A stretch of DNA of 64,000 nucleotides from NCBI RefSeq assembly GCF_001194135.2, contig NC_068981.1, positions 112,423,178 to 112,487,177 of the forward strand, written 5' to 3'. The position numbers were made by a program, and so were the translations under genes. Under the pieces are notes generated by a model. The model did not search any database, was not told where the DNA came from, and worked only from the letters and a program-made list of their open reading frames with translations. Positions 1 to 11,350 of this stretch are shown here, piece by piece (positions within the stretch are counted from its first letter, which is position 1; every line of letters begins with the position of its first letter). This DNA is from Octopus bimaculoides (lineage: Eukaryota).

Positions 1-510
1 GAGAAGAATGGCGATAGTAGTTTTGTATCAAATGGCGATAGGTAGTTTCACTACACTAGCCTTGCACCAGTCGGTTTGTCGAAGACAAACAGACGAAATA
101 AAAAAAAATATAATGAAAAAGACTGATAGAACGGTTGGTCTATCACTGGCATTTAGTCACCATTTTTAAGTGAAACTGTGTGAACAGGATCACGTTGGCT
201 GTATGGACAAATCTCGTCGGATTCATATCAGAAGGACTGTGTGAATCGAGTCTCGTCGTGGTCGCCAGTTTGTAAGAACGACCGTGCGAACTCAAAAAGG
301 AGAAATGGTGACGAATGGAAAAACAGAGGACTCCTTTTATTTAAACGCATCACACGGTCGAACACAAATATATATTTCAAATGATGATATACAAAATATG
401 TTATACTACGATAACATATGCGAATTCGTAAATACCAGTAATGAAGAGACGATAGAAGGCAACCGTATGAAATGAATAACAGAGATATTTATTATGGCAT
501 TAAAGATGTA
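1..510 (+). promoter_or_regulatory. CpG-rich block; possible internal promoter / alternative first exon of CARMIL
   Basis: About 25 CpG in ~470 bp (hand count) while the surrounding TEs are CpG-depleted; no recognisable TE motif; ends in a good donor GAT|GTATGT at 508. Confidence 0.3.
472..507 (+). CDS. Putative alternative first coding segment MNNRDIYYGIKD (phase 0 donor)
   Basis: ATG at 472, in-frame stop upstream (TGA 442-444), 12 codons then GTATGT. Phase 0 matches the exon at 12001. Inference only. Confidence 0.27.
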
Positions 511-834
511 TGTGTATGTGAGAGTGTGAAATGCGACATATAAAAACATAATCAAAGACAGGCCGTCGTACTAAGAAAAGAGTGTGCGTGAGTGATACAT
601 GTATGTGAGTGTGAGATATTACAGCAGATAGAAAGAGTCAGTAACACATGAGCATTTATACCAGTTCTTGAGTACACAATAGAATGAGTCTGTATGTGAA
701 AGGAATTGAGGCTGTGTGTGGCAGGGCTGATCACTAGTTGTGATGTGGTGGCTTCCATGCCGGGCCAGGCTCTTGAGAACAGACGTTCGTCGCTGGCTGA
801 ATTCTCTTGTCTATTATTAATCGTGGTGAATATC

Positions 835-978
835 ATCATCATCATCATCATCGTTTAACGTCCGCTTTCCATGCTAGCATGGGTTGGACGATTTGACTGA
901 GGACTGGTGAAACCGGATGGCAACACCAGGCTCCAGTCTGATTTGGCAGAGTTTCTACAGCTGGATGCCCTTCCTAAC
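835..978 (-). mobile_element. RTE LINE 3' tail / non-autonomous derivative
   Basis: (CAT)n followed by gtttaacgtccgctttccatgctagcatgggttggacg; reverse complement of the 3' end of the RTE at 22165-24150; runs into a gap. Confidence 0.75.
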
Positions 979-1659
979 NNNNNNNNNNNNNNNNNNNNNN
1001 NNNNNNNNNNNNNNNNNNNNNNNNNNNNNNNNNNNNNNNNNNNNNNNNNNNNNNNNNNNNNNNNNNNNNNNNNNNNNNNNNNNNNNNNNNNNNNNNNNNN
1101 NNNNNNNNNNNNNNNNNNNNNNNNNNNNNNNNNNNNNNNNNNNNNNNNNNNNNNNNNNNNNNNNNNNNNNNNNNNNNNNNNNNNNNNNNNNNNNNNNNNN
1201 NNNNNNNNNNNNNNNNNNNNNNNNNNNNNNNNNNNNNNNNNNNNNNNNNNNNNNNNNNNNNNNNNNNNNNNNNNNNNNNNNNNNNNNNNNNNNNNNNNNN
1301 NNNNNNNNNNNNNNNNNNNNNNNNNNNNNNNNNNNNNNNNNNNNNNNNNNNNNNNNNNNNNNNNNNNNNNNNNNNNNNNNNNNNNNNNNNNNNNNNNNNN
1401 NNNNNNNNNNNNNNNNNNNNNNNNNNNNNNNNNNNNNNNNNNNNNNNNNNNNNNNNNNNNNNNNNNNNNNNNNNNNNNNNNNNNNNNNNNNNNNNNNNNN
1501 NNNNNNNNNNNNNNNNNNNNNNNNNNNNNNNNNNNNNNNNNNNNNNNNNNNNNNNNNNNNNNNNNNNNNNNNNNNNNNNNNNNNNNNNNNNNNNNNNTTG
1601 ATTTGGATTCTTGTTAATATATATATTTTTACACAAGTGTGTAGAGAAAGGAGTGGTAG

Positions 1660-2073
1660 CCAGCCTTTATAAATCCTTGTTTGTTGCCACCCGAAACTCA
1701 GCAGTTATGTCAGAGGTCGTCTTTTTCCTATCTGCCAGAGATGACCTCTTCAGCAACCTGTCTTCCCTCATGGTTGCATACTTTTTATGACCTCGTCCTT
1801 TATGGTTTTCAGGACACCTTTTCTCAAGTATTTCAATTTTCTTACAATTTCAACTTGGGAGAATCCTTCACTGGATAATGCAATGATTTGAGCCCTTTGA
1901 ACTTCAGGAATCTATTTCTTCGGAGACATTTTCAACAAATATTAACCACTGATAAGTTAGTAATAAGATATTCACTGAAAGAATTGGAAAAAATGTTAGT
2001 GTTGCACAATGAGTGGCAGAAAATTGACCCAGCCACTTGTGCCAACAAATTTCAAGTATGTAAAAGTGCATAA
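1660..2073 (-). mobile_element. Tc1-like transposon 5' fragment (transposase HTH region, decayed)
   Basis: Minus strand reads MSPKK*IPEVQRAQIIALSSEGFSQVEIVRKLK...REDRLLKRSSLADRKKTTSDITAEF, typical of a Tc1 N-terminal DNA-binding region; one stop and a frameshift. Confidence 0.7.
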
Positions 2074-2461
2074 AAGCAGTTATAAAAGCAAGAAAAAAAA
2101 AAAAGATACATCAAATACTAGTTATTGATGGGATAGACTCTAGAATGTTTATTATACTGTTTTCAATTATTAATTGAGTTTCAATCATATTCTCTATTTT
2201 TTCATACCTGCTCCATAATTTTGGCTAGCGCTGTATATCCGAACTTCTTTATTTCATTTTAGTTTTATTCTAGAATAATCCAGAGACTACTGCATCCATC
2301 ATTCTTGTTGGTCTATATAAATGTAATCACCATAATTTGAAACCACTTTGTTACCTGCCAATGCATGAAACTCTCAACCCTTGAATTACTCTGTAACTTC
2401 TACCAATTAATAAAACTCTGTATGTGTGTGTCTTTAGAAGGTTGCTTATGACCAGTCAGTG

Positions 2462-2583
2462 AGTAACAATTGGATTCGCACCAACAAGAGCTTAGCTGTA
2501 TAGGTGACTCATCAGACTCTGATGGTAGTCTGATGAATTGCTTATACAGCTAAGCATTCATAGGTGCAAAACCAATTGTCACT
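2462..2583. ncRNA. Head-to-head inverted pair of degenerate hammerhead ribozyme motifs
   Basis: Minus copy 2462-2518: AGT-CTGATGA-GTCACC...GGTGC-GAAT-CCAATTG-TT-ACT. Plus copy 2527-2583: AGT-CTGATGA-ATTGCT...GGTGC-AAAA-CCAATTG-TC-ACT. The two-copy consensus gives an intact core. Confidence 0.55.
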
Positions 2584-2610
2584 CTCTGATCGACCATAAC
2601 AAGCAAAAAA

Positions 2611-2674
2611 AGACACTCTAAAACATTAGAACAATAGTATATTTATGCTACTGCTCTAATGTTTTAGAGTGTCT
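2611..2674. repeat. 27-bp inverted repeat hairpin, 10-nt loop
   Basis: agacactctaaaacattagaacaatag / ctactgctctaatgttttagagtgtct, 25 of 27 positions complementary. Confidence 0.85.
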
Positions 2675-2709
2675 CTTTTTTTTTTTTCAGATCTATAATC
2701 TACTGATCG

Positions 2710-2715
2710 ATATAT

Positions 2716-2760
<45 letters not shown>

Positions 2761-2921
2761 NNNNNNNNNNNNNNNNNNNNNNNNNNNNNNNNNNNNNNNN
2801 NNNNNNNNNNNNNNNNNNNNNNNNNNNNNNNNNNNNNNNNNNNNNNNNNNNNNNNNNNNNNNNNNNNNNNNNNNNNNNNNNNNNNNNNNNNNNNNNNNNN
2901 NNNNNNNNNNNNNNNNNNNNN

Positions 2922-2952
<31 letters not shown>

Positions 2953-2978
2953 CACACACACACACACACACACACACA
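2710..2978. repeat. Compound microsatellite (CA)n/(TA)n/(TAGA)n spanning a gap
   Basis: Directly visible. Confidence 0.95.
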
Positions 2979-2989
2979 AATGTTTATAC

Positions 2990-3150
2990 TCTCTGAGTGG
3001 TTGGCGTTAGGAAGGGCATCCAGCTGTAGAAACTCTGCCAAATTAGATTGGAGCCTGGTGTTGCCATCCGGTTTCACCAGTCCTCAGTCAAATCGTCCAA
3101 CCCATGCTAGCATGGAAGGCGGACGTTAAACGATGATGATGATGATGATA
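2990..3150 (+). mobile_element. RTE LINE 3' tail
   Basis: Near-identical to 23995-24150, ending in (GAT)n. Confidence 0.8.
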
Positions 3151-3819
3151 AGCAATCTTGTTTTTCAACCTAGTACATCTAAACCTCTCTTTTTTCAGTG
3201 CAGATCATAATTACCTTATTAGTTCATTTCATTATTCTATCTATTTCATTATCTATGTAAACACAGTTTTGTCTTCCACGCTGTATGTTTAAAACAAAAA
3301 AGAAAACTTAAGATCCCTTCGCTCGATCCAACTCTCCCTCTTTCTCCCTCCCTTTGACGCTCATTTATTATCGTCACTTATTCATTCATTTATCTAATTT
3401 TGTCACACTTTGGCTGACTGAAAACTCTTGGTTCTAATTTTGTCACAGTTTGGCTAACCAAAAACTCTCGGTTATTGCTCCAGTTAAGAATTTCAAATAC
3501 TAAATTCTATCTCATTATATCATAGTATTCTCTCACACTGGCAGCCTGAGTTGTTTGCTGTTTCATGGTGCACTTGCCCTCCACCTGTACTGTACTCATG
3601 ATCCCCACCATCTGTACTGGAAGTCTCTATCCTCTGACCTCTGACCTCTATCAGATGTCTCTCCCATGAACACTTATAAAGGCTTAATGTTCCCCCATCC
3701 CTGCTTAGGGTTTATCTCCTATGTAATGTAGTGATTATGTAGTGCATAAAATAATGTTGTAGTGTATGCAGGATGAAGGCTATTGTATGTTCATGAGTTC
3801 TGCCAAATGCGAGCTTTCT

Positions 3820-6712
3820 TTTCAAGTACATGACGCTGCTGACCACATCCCAGGGTCTCACAGGCCCTCACCTCCCGCGCCCTCAGGGTTGGCACACTGA
3901 AAGGTAGGTCTGGTGAGGTTGTTGAGATGCTTGAATGGAGACATGTAGATTTGTGTTGCATCCAAGAAGTAAGGTGGAGAGGAGCTTCTGCTAGGTTCCT
4001 CACAGGCAAAGAACATGGGTATAAGATTTTCTGGACAGGGAACACTGACGGGGTCGGGGTCATGGTATACTTCTTACAGAGAAATGGGTTGACAAGGTAA
4101 TCATGATAGAATACTTAAGATTACATTAGTTCTGCCACATGGGTTAGCAACCATTATCTTGGCCTATACCCCTAGCTGGGGGTACCTGATGAACAGAAAG
4201 ACCGATTTTATGACACCTTCTTGCAGACTACCTCATCGACGAATGACAGGGACCTTCTCTTTGTGGCTGGTAACTTCAATGGGCATGTTGGACATGCAGG
4301 GGGCTTTCATGGTGTACATGGAGGCCATGGTTTTATTTCCCACGATGAGGAGGGAACCAGGCTGCTGGAGTTCTGCAATGCAAATGATCTTATGTTTTGT
4401 AATACTAATTTCAGGAAACCTGTCATTCACCTATTCACTTACTGATCTGGTAGACATACTAGTCAAATTGACTAAATCCTCACCAGGAAACAGGAAAGAT
4501 GGCTACTTATAAATGCCAAAACCTTCTCAGGTGAAGAATGCACCTCACAACATAGATTAGTAGTTAGCAACTTCAGGATCAGGGCTAAAGGGATGCCCAG
4601 AAGATGACCAGCATGGAGAAGAAGGATTTGGAAGCTTAAAGATCCTGTGAATGGACAGATTTAGAGACGTATTACTCAAAGCTTTTGATGAAATAGAGGG
4701 GGATATAGCATCACATGATGTGGAAGACAACTAGAGGTTTCTATGGGACAACCTGTTGAGGGCGACTGACCAGAGCTGTGGATGGTGCAAAGTCCCCTCT
4801 CTACCCAAGGTAACATGGTGGTGGAACAATGTTGTTGACAGGGCCATTAGGGAAAAGAAATAGGTATGGAAGGACTGGAAGAACGGTGGTAACAGGGAAT
4901 TGTATCAGACTGCCAGAAGCTAGGAGACAGATTTATTGAGCCGGAGGGGAAGCAGATAAGAAAAAAATTTGCCAATGCAGACATTGTGAGGACTAAACAC
5001 TTGAGGTGTTTTGTGTTGCAAGACAGTGTGTCAGAGAGAATCATGGTGTCATAGGAGAGAATTGTGTCTGCATGGATGATGGCTCACTTACATTTAATGA
5101 GGCTGCAAGAGGAGGGACTTGGAGACGCCACTATGAAAGGTTGCTAAATGATGAGAATGAATGGGAGAAAGAGGGTCTGCCGAATGTCGACCTAACAGAG
5201 GGACCAGCTATCCAAATTGACAGTACCTTGGTAGATAAAGCAATGAAAGGTATGAAGACAGGAAAGCCCCCGGCCCATCAAGAATCACCACAGAGATGCT
5301 TAAAATATCTAGCAGTATCGGCTATAGTCTAGTCACCCGTATAGTCAATCAGGTGGTACATGAATGAGTCATACCCAATGACTGGTGTAGCAGCACCAGT
5401 CAACTGCTACAAAGGTAAAGGTGATGCATAAGATACAAATAATTACAGAGGTATCGAGTTATTGGATCAGGTAATGAAAGTCACGGAGAGTGTCATAGCC
5501 CAACTAATTAGGGAGAGAATCAGTCTAGATGAGATGCAGTTTGGGTTTATGCCAGGGAAAAACACCACTGATGCTATATTTCTGGTAAGACAGCTGCAGG
5601 AGAAATACCTAGCCAGAGATAAACCTCTGTACCTAGCTTTTGTTGACAATGGAGAAAGCCTTTGACAGGGTCCCCCGATCCCTTATCTGGTTGTCAATGA
5701 GGAAACTAGAAATAAAAGAATGGTTAGTGAGAGCTGTGCGAGCCATGTACAGGGATGCTTGTCAGTAAGGTGAGGGTTGGCAATGAGTACAGTGAAGAAT
5801 TCTGGGTAGGAGTAGGTGTCTACCAAGGATCAGTCCTCAGCCCCCTCTTATTCATCATAGTCCTCCAGGCAATAACAGAGGAACTTCTCTATGCTGATGA
5901 CGCTGCTCTAATAGCTGATTCACAAACAGAACTAGAGAAGTTTCAGGTGTGGAAGCAAGGTCTAGAATCGAAGGGCCTTAGAGTCAACCTAGCAAAAACT
6001 AATGTCTTAATAAGTAGGAAGGCAGACAAACCACAAATCCCTTCAAGTAGATAGCCCTGCTCGATCTGTAGAAAGGGCATAGGTAGAAACTCCATAAGAT
6101 GTACCCAGTGCAAGCTATGGACACTTCAGAGGTGCAGCAATATCAAGGGAAGGCTAACTAGCAAGATAGTTTTTGTGTGTGGCAAATGCTCAGGTGCAGT
6201 AAACACTGAAAATGTGCAGAGAACAACTTCCGTCACATTCCTAGGGGAAAAACTAGAAGCAGTTGATAGCTTCCGTTACCTAGGTGACCAAGTCAGTAGT
6301 AGGGGTGGATGCTATGAAAGTGTAGCTGCTAGAGTAAGAATAGCCTGAGCAAAGTTCAGAGAGCTTCTACCTCTGCTGGTGACAAAGGGCCTCTCGCACA
6401 GAGTAAAAGGTAGACTGTATGACGCATGTGTGTGAACAGCCATGCTACATGGCAGTGAAACATGGGCCGTGACCGTTGAGGACATGCGTAAGCTTGCAAG
6501 GAATGAAGCCAATATGCTCCACTGGATGTGTAATGTCAGTGTGCATACACAACAGAGTGTAAGTGCCCTGAGAGAAAAGTTGGACTTAAGAAGCATCAGA
6601 TGTGGCGTGTAAGAGAGACGACTGTGCTGGTATGGTCATGTGTTGCGAATGGATGAGGACAGCTGTGTGAAAAAGTGCCACACCCTAGCAGTAGAGGGAA
6701 CCTGTGGAAGAA
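3820..6712 (+). mobile_element. RTE-clade LINE, near full-length ORF (AP endonuclease + RT), decayed
   Basis: Endonuclease motifs LRVGTL...CIQEVRW, GNFNGHVG, CNTNFRK. RT motifs QFGFMPGKNTTDAIF, QGSVLSPLLF, LYADD. C-terminal MLHGSETW and LCWYGHV. Many stops and frameshifts. Confidence 0.93.
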
Positions 6713-7350
6713 GTAGAATTTTAACAAGTAGAGCACATAAATATAATTTTTCTCGAATATTTTAACAGAGCAAGAAGATAGAAGTAATTCATGTTGTTAC
6801 TGTTGTAGGTAAGAATAGACTACAACTTCTAAGAATCTCATGGTGCATAGTGGGGTCATTGGGTTGTAAGGGATTGTAATTCATTTCTAATTCATTTATC
6901 TCTTTATCAACTACTAAATTTAAGACTAGAAGACCGTGTCTATTTTAAATATCCATTTACACACACATATTTATATATTATCATCATCATTGTTTAACAT
7001 ATGTCTTCCCTGCTAACATGAGTGGGATAGTTTCACAAGAGCCACCCAGGCAGAAGCCTGCACCAGACTTCTGTGACTGTATAGACAGCTGGATGCCCTT
7101 CATAATGCCAACCACTCAGCAGAGTGAACTTCATGCTTTTTACATCGTACAAGCTCAGGTGAGGTCAGTTTTGGCAAGGTTTTTACAGCTGGATGCTCTT
7201 CTGAACACCAACTACAGTGTGGAATGGGTGCTTTTAAGTGGCACCTGCACTGATAGGGTCACCAAGTAATTTGCAAGACAAAACAAAAAAAAAACTTTCA
7301 AGAGGGGAGGAGGCATTGGAGGAGGGGATATATATATATATATATATATA

Positions 7351-7510
7351 TAGGTGCAGGAGTGGCTGTGTGGTAAGTAGCTTGCTTACCAACCACATGG
7401 TTCCGAGTTCAGTCCCACTACATGGCACCTTGGGCAAGTGTCTTCTGCTATAACCTTGGGCCAACCAAAGCCCTGTGAGTGAATTTGGTAGACAGAAACT
7501 GAAAGAAGCC
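7351..7510 (+). mobile_element. tRNA-derived SINE, 5' half (family A)
   Basis: A/B-box-like head (tggctgtgtggtaag...ggttccgagttcagtccc), then ggcaccttgggcaagtg core; matches the copy at 37181-37480. Confidence 0.85.
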
Positions 7511-8424
7511 CCTTTATCCTTGTACAGGGGCCATCCAGACTCTCATTTGCACAGTGAACAGGGATTAATCTTCTCTCTTCACTCCTTTTCATCACATGGG
7601 CTCAACTCTCCTCCTCTCTTCNNNNNNNNNNNNNNNNNNNNNNNNNNNNNNNNNNNNNNNNNNNNNNNNNNNNNNNNNNNNNNNNNNNNNNNNNNNNNNN
7701 NNNNNNNNNNNNNNNNNNNNNNNNNNNNNNNNNNNNNNNNNNNNNNNNNNNNNNNNNNNNNNNNNNNNNNNNNNNNNNNNNNNNNNNNNNNNNNNNNNNN
7801 NNNNNNNNNNNNNNNNNNNNNNNNNNNNNNNNNNNNNNNNNNNNNNNNNNNNNNNNNNNNNNNNNNNNNNNNNNNNNNNNNNNNNNNNNNNNNNNNNNNN
7901 NNNNNNNNNNNNCCCCACCCTTGCTTTCCCCACCCTTGCTTTCCCCACCCTCGCCTCAACCACCTCCCAACACTATCACATCACACCACTCACCACTACA
8001 CCATACCACACAACACATCACATCACAATACACCACTCCACACACCAGCACTGACCAATTCCCAGCCCCACATTCTCACACCTACACATACACACATCAA
8101 GATCTCCAACCCTCTTTCACATGCACATACGAACTCTCTTATGCACACGCAGGCGCACCTTCGTTTTGGGATCACTGCTACTTTATTATCTCCCCTTCTT
8201 TGTAGCTCTCCTATGTAGCCCTTCTACCCGGCATTCTCCATGATAGATCGCTTGCCACTACATATTCTTTTTTTCTCTCCTTGTTTCTCTCTGTGTTCCT
8301 TTCTGTCGAAGAGTGTAGGCTCAAAACGTTAAAGACTTTTTCACTTCCCGAGCGTTATACTAATACATCTGTTTGTTTTCTACACCACCTGTCTTCGTCT
8401 TCTGTTTTTTTTTGTGAAATTCTC

Positions 8425-8425
<1 letters not shown>
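7511..8425 (+). mobile_element. Penelope-like element 3' fragment inserted into a SINE
   Basis: Reads SEQGLIFSLHSFSSHGLN (resembles the GIY-YIG C-terminus EQxLIFxLxTxxPxGLN), followed by a pyrimidine-rich 3' region with a hammerhead-like motif; splits SINE family A into two halves. Confidence 0.55.
8299..8334 (+). ncRNA. Degenerate minimal hammerhead ribozyme motif
   Basis: Stem I CTTT/AAAG; core CTGTCGA (A6->T); extra A; stem II GAGT/GCTC with loop GTAG; AAAA in place of GAAA (consistent with CpG decay); palindromic ACGT stem III. Confidence 0.42.
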
Positions 8426-8466
<41 letters not shown>

Positions 8467-8668
8467 ATGTTTATGTGTCTGTGTTTGTCTCCCACCATTG
8501 CTTGACAACCAATGTTGATATGTTTACGTCCCTGTAACTTAGAAGTTCAGCAAAACAAACCAATAGAATAAGTACTAAGGTTACAAAGAATAAATCCTGG
8601 GATCGATTTGTTCAACTATATGTAGTGCTCCAGCATGGCCACAGTCAAATGACTGAAACAAATAAAAA
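8426..8668 (+). mobile_element. SINE family A, 3' half
   Basis: (TA)n then tgtgtttgtctcccaccattgcttgacaacc...gtgctccagcatggccacagtcaaatgactgaaac; collinear with 37250-37480. Confidence 0.85.
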
Positions 8669-8714
8669 TATATATGTACACACGTTTAGATATCTACATA
8701 TATATATATATATA

Positions 8715-10473
8715 TCATCATCATCATCATCATCGTTTAACATCTGCTTTCCATGCTAGCATGGGTTGGACGATTTGACTGAGGACTGGTGAAACCAGAT
8801 GGCTACACTAGGCTCCAATCTGATTTGGCAGAGTTTCTACAGCTAGATGCCCTTCCTAATGCCAACCACTCTGAGAGTGTAGTGGGTGCTTTTATGTGCC
8901 ACCCGCACGAGGCCAGTCAGGCGGTACTGGCAACGGCCACGCTCAAAATGGTGTATTTTATGAGCCACCCGCACAAGAGCCAGTCCAGGGATACTGGCAA
9001 CGATCTTGCTCAAAAGTTCATTACACATGCCATGGGCACAAGTGCCAGAAAGGCGACGCTGGGCACAGGTGCCATCCCGATTTCGCTTTCGCTTGCCCCA
9101 ATAAGTCTTCGCAAGCTGAGTTTCGTGTCCAATGAAGGAGATGACGTTGGCATAGGTGCTAGTCGTCGAATTTAGTTCGGTTTCGATTTTACTTGCCTCA
9201 ACAGGTCTTCACAAGCGGAGTTTAGTGTCGAAAGAAAGAAAGGTACGCGTAGGTGGGCTGGCTACACCCCTGGCAGAGGCTTTGGATTTAGGTCTCACTT
9301 GGCTTGCCGTGTCTTCTCATGCACTGCATATTTCCAAAGGTCTCAGTCAGAAGTCATCTTCTCGGTGAGGCCCAATGTTCGAAGGTCTTGCCTCACCACC
9401 TCAGCCCAGGTCTTCCTGGGCCTACCTCTTCCACAGGTTCCCGCAACTGTTAGGGTGTGGCACTTTTTCACACAGCTATCCTCATCCATTCTCGCCACAT
9501 GTCCATACCAGCGCAATCGTCTCTCTTGCACACCATAGCTGATGCTTCTTATGTTCAACTTTTCTCTCAAGATACTTACACTCTGTCGGGTGTGCACACT
9601 GACATTATTCATCCATTGGAGATTACTGGCTTCATTCCGTGCGAGCTTACGCATGTCCTCAGCAGTCACAGCCCATGTTTCACTGCCATGTAGCATGGCT
9701 GTTCATACACATGCGTCATATAGTCTGCCTTTTACTCTGAGTGAGAGTCCCTTTGTCACCAGTAGAGGTAAGAGCTCTCTGAACTTTGCCCAGGCTATTC
9801 TTATTCTAGCAGCTACACTTTCAGCGCACCCACCCCCCACTACTAACTTGGTCACCCAGATAGTGGAAGCTATCAACTACCTCTAGTTTTTCTCCCTGGA
9901 ATGAGATAGAAGTTGTTTCTTGTTTGTTTACAGTGTTTATTGCATCTGAACATCTGCCACATACAAAAACTAACTTCCAAGTTAACCTGCCTTTGATATT
10001 GCTGCACCTCTTATGTGTCCATAGCTTTCACTGGGTACATCTTATAGAGTTACTACCTACACCTTTTCTACATATTGAACAGGGCCATCTACCTGAAGGG
10101 GTTTGTGTTTTATCTACCTTTCTACTTATTAGGACTTCGGTTTTAGCTAGGTTTACTCTAAGGCCCTTCGATTCTAGTCCCTGCTCCCACACCTGAAACT
10201 TCTCCTCTAGTTCTGATAGTGACTTAGCAATCAGTGGAAGGTCATCAGCATAGAGGAGCTCCCAGGGGCATCCTGACTTGAATTCCTCTGTTATCGCCTG
10301 GAGGACTATGATAAAAAGGAGGTGGCTGAGGACAGAGCCTTGGTGGACCCCTACCTCTACCCGGAATTCATTACTGTACTCATTTCCAACCCTGACCTTA
10401 CTGACAGCATCTTTGTACATGGTTCGCACATCTCTCACTAACCACTCTTCTATCCCAAGTTTCCTCATTGACC
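8715..10473 (-). mobile_element. 5'-truncated RTE LINE
   Basis: Minus ORFs GVHQGSVLSHLLF...LLYADD...WPCSICRKGVG and MLHGSETW...LRWYGHVARM...GRGRPRKTW; 3' UTR and (GAT)n tail at 8715. Confidence 0.93.
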
Positions 10474-10539
10474 ATATATATATATTTGACAGGAAGGACA
10501 ACAAAAGAAAGAAAGAGACCTCGATATTATGCAAATAGA

Positions 10540-11350
10540 GGAATTTATCTGTAAAAATAGTAGCCATGATAAAACTCCGAGTGCGGTCTATGTGATATGG
10601 AAAGATGGCTCATCTGGAAAGGCAGCTTGGAAACTACCACATGTCTGAATTCAAAGACTGAACTTTTCGGATCATGTCCACATGTGACCAAATATTTGCT
10701 ACGTTTTTGGTCCCCTTGAGTTTACTGATTGGACTTGCTTTCTATTTTTTGTGTCTCTCTATAATTATTACTTACATTTCTTATATATATTTTATATATA
10801 TTTTTTAATATTTGTACTGATAGGACCTGCTGATGGGACTGTACTGATAAGCTTCTATATTGTGTCTATGTATAAGCTTTTCACTTTTTTTGCCTGGATT
10901 TTATATTTTTATATTATTATATTTTTTTAATTATTTTAATGTTTTTTTTTACATAATTATAGGGTTAATGTTTTTGTATTTTTCCACATAGTTTTCTGTT
11001 TTCTCTCCTCCAAACTTTTTTCCTGTATGATTATAGACACGTACAAGGAACTTTATATGCACGCGCTTGTGAGTGTGCATGTGGATGCATGCGTATGTAG
11101 ATATATGCGTGCATATACAGAGATATGTGCATGTGTATATGGATATATGCGTGCATGTGATAATATACGCAGTTTTAGATGCGTTTTTTCACTACACAGT
11201 AATTTCCCTTTGTTTTAACGGTCATTTTTCACAGGAATTTTCAATTGGCCGGATAACTGAAGAGATGTTGGCATGTGCTCCCACCCTGGCATCCGAAACT
11301 CGGAGTACTATCATGGCTACTGAATAAGTGTCACATATTTTTACAGATAT
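10540..11350. mobile_element. Non-autonomous element with inverted ends and a hammerhead (PLE pLTR-like)
   Basis: 10540-10590 (atctgtaaaaatagtagccatgataaaactccgagt) is the reverse complement of 11298-11350 (actcggagtactatcatggctac...tttttacagat); the right end contains the hammerhead. Confidence 0.5.
11249..11316 (+). ncRNA. Type I hammerhead ribozyme motif with intact core
   Basis: CCGGATAA-CTGAAGA(11257-63)-GATGTTGG...CTGGCATC-C-GAAA(11295-98)-CTC-G-GAG-T-A-CTATCATGG. Core invariant bases present; stem III ACTC/GAGT with a 1-nt loop; predicted cleavage after A11307; stem I imperfect. Confidence 0.62.

Noticed and set aside
7351-7430. tRNA-like sequence (also at 19398, 24181, 24410, 57065)
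   Set aside because: These are SINE heads continuing into SINE cores; there is no complete cloverleaf.
10495-10650. Exon-like ORF EGQQKKERDLDIMQIEEF...AWKLPHV*
   Set aside because: It terminates, has no homology I recognise, and overlaps the inverted end of the 10540-11350 element.
11235-11327. Acceptor followed by ORF EFSIGRITEEMLACAPTLASETRSTIMATE*
   Set aside because: It ends in a stop with no good donor, and the sequence is better explained as a hammerhead-bearing repeat.
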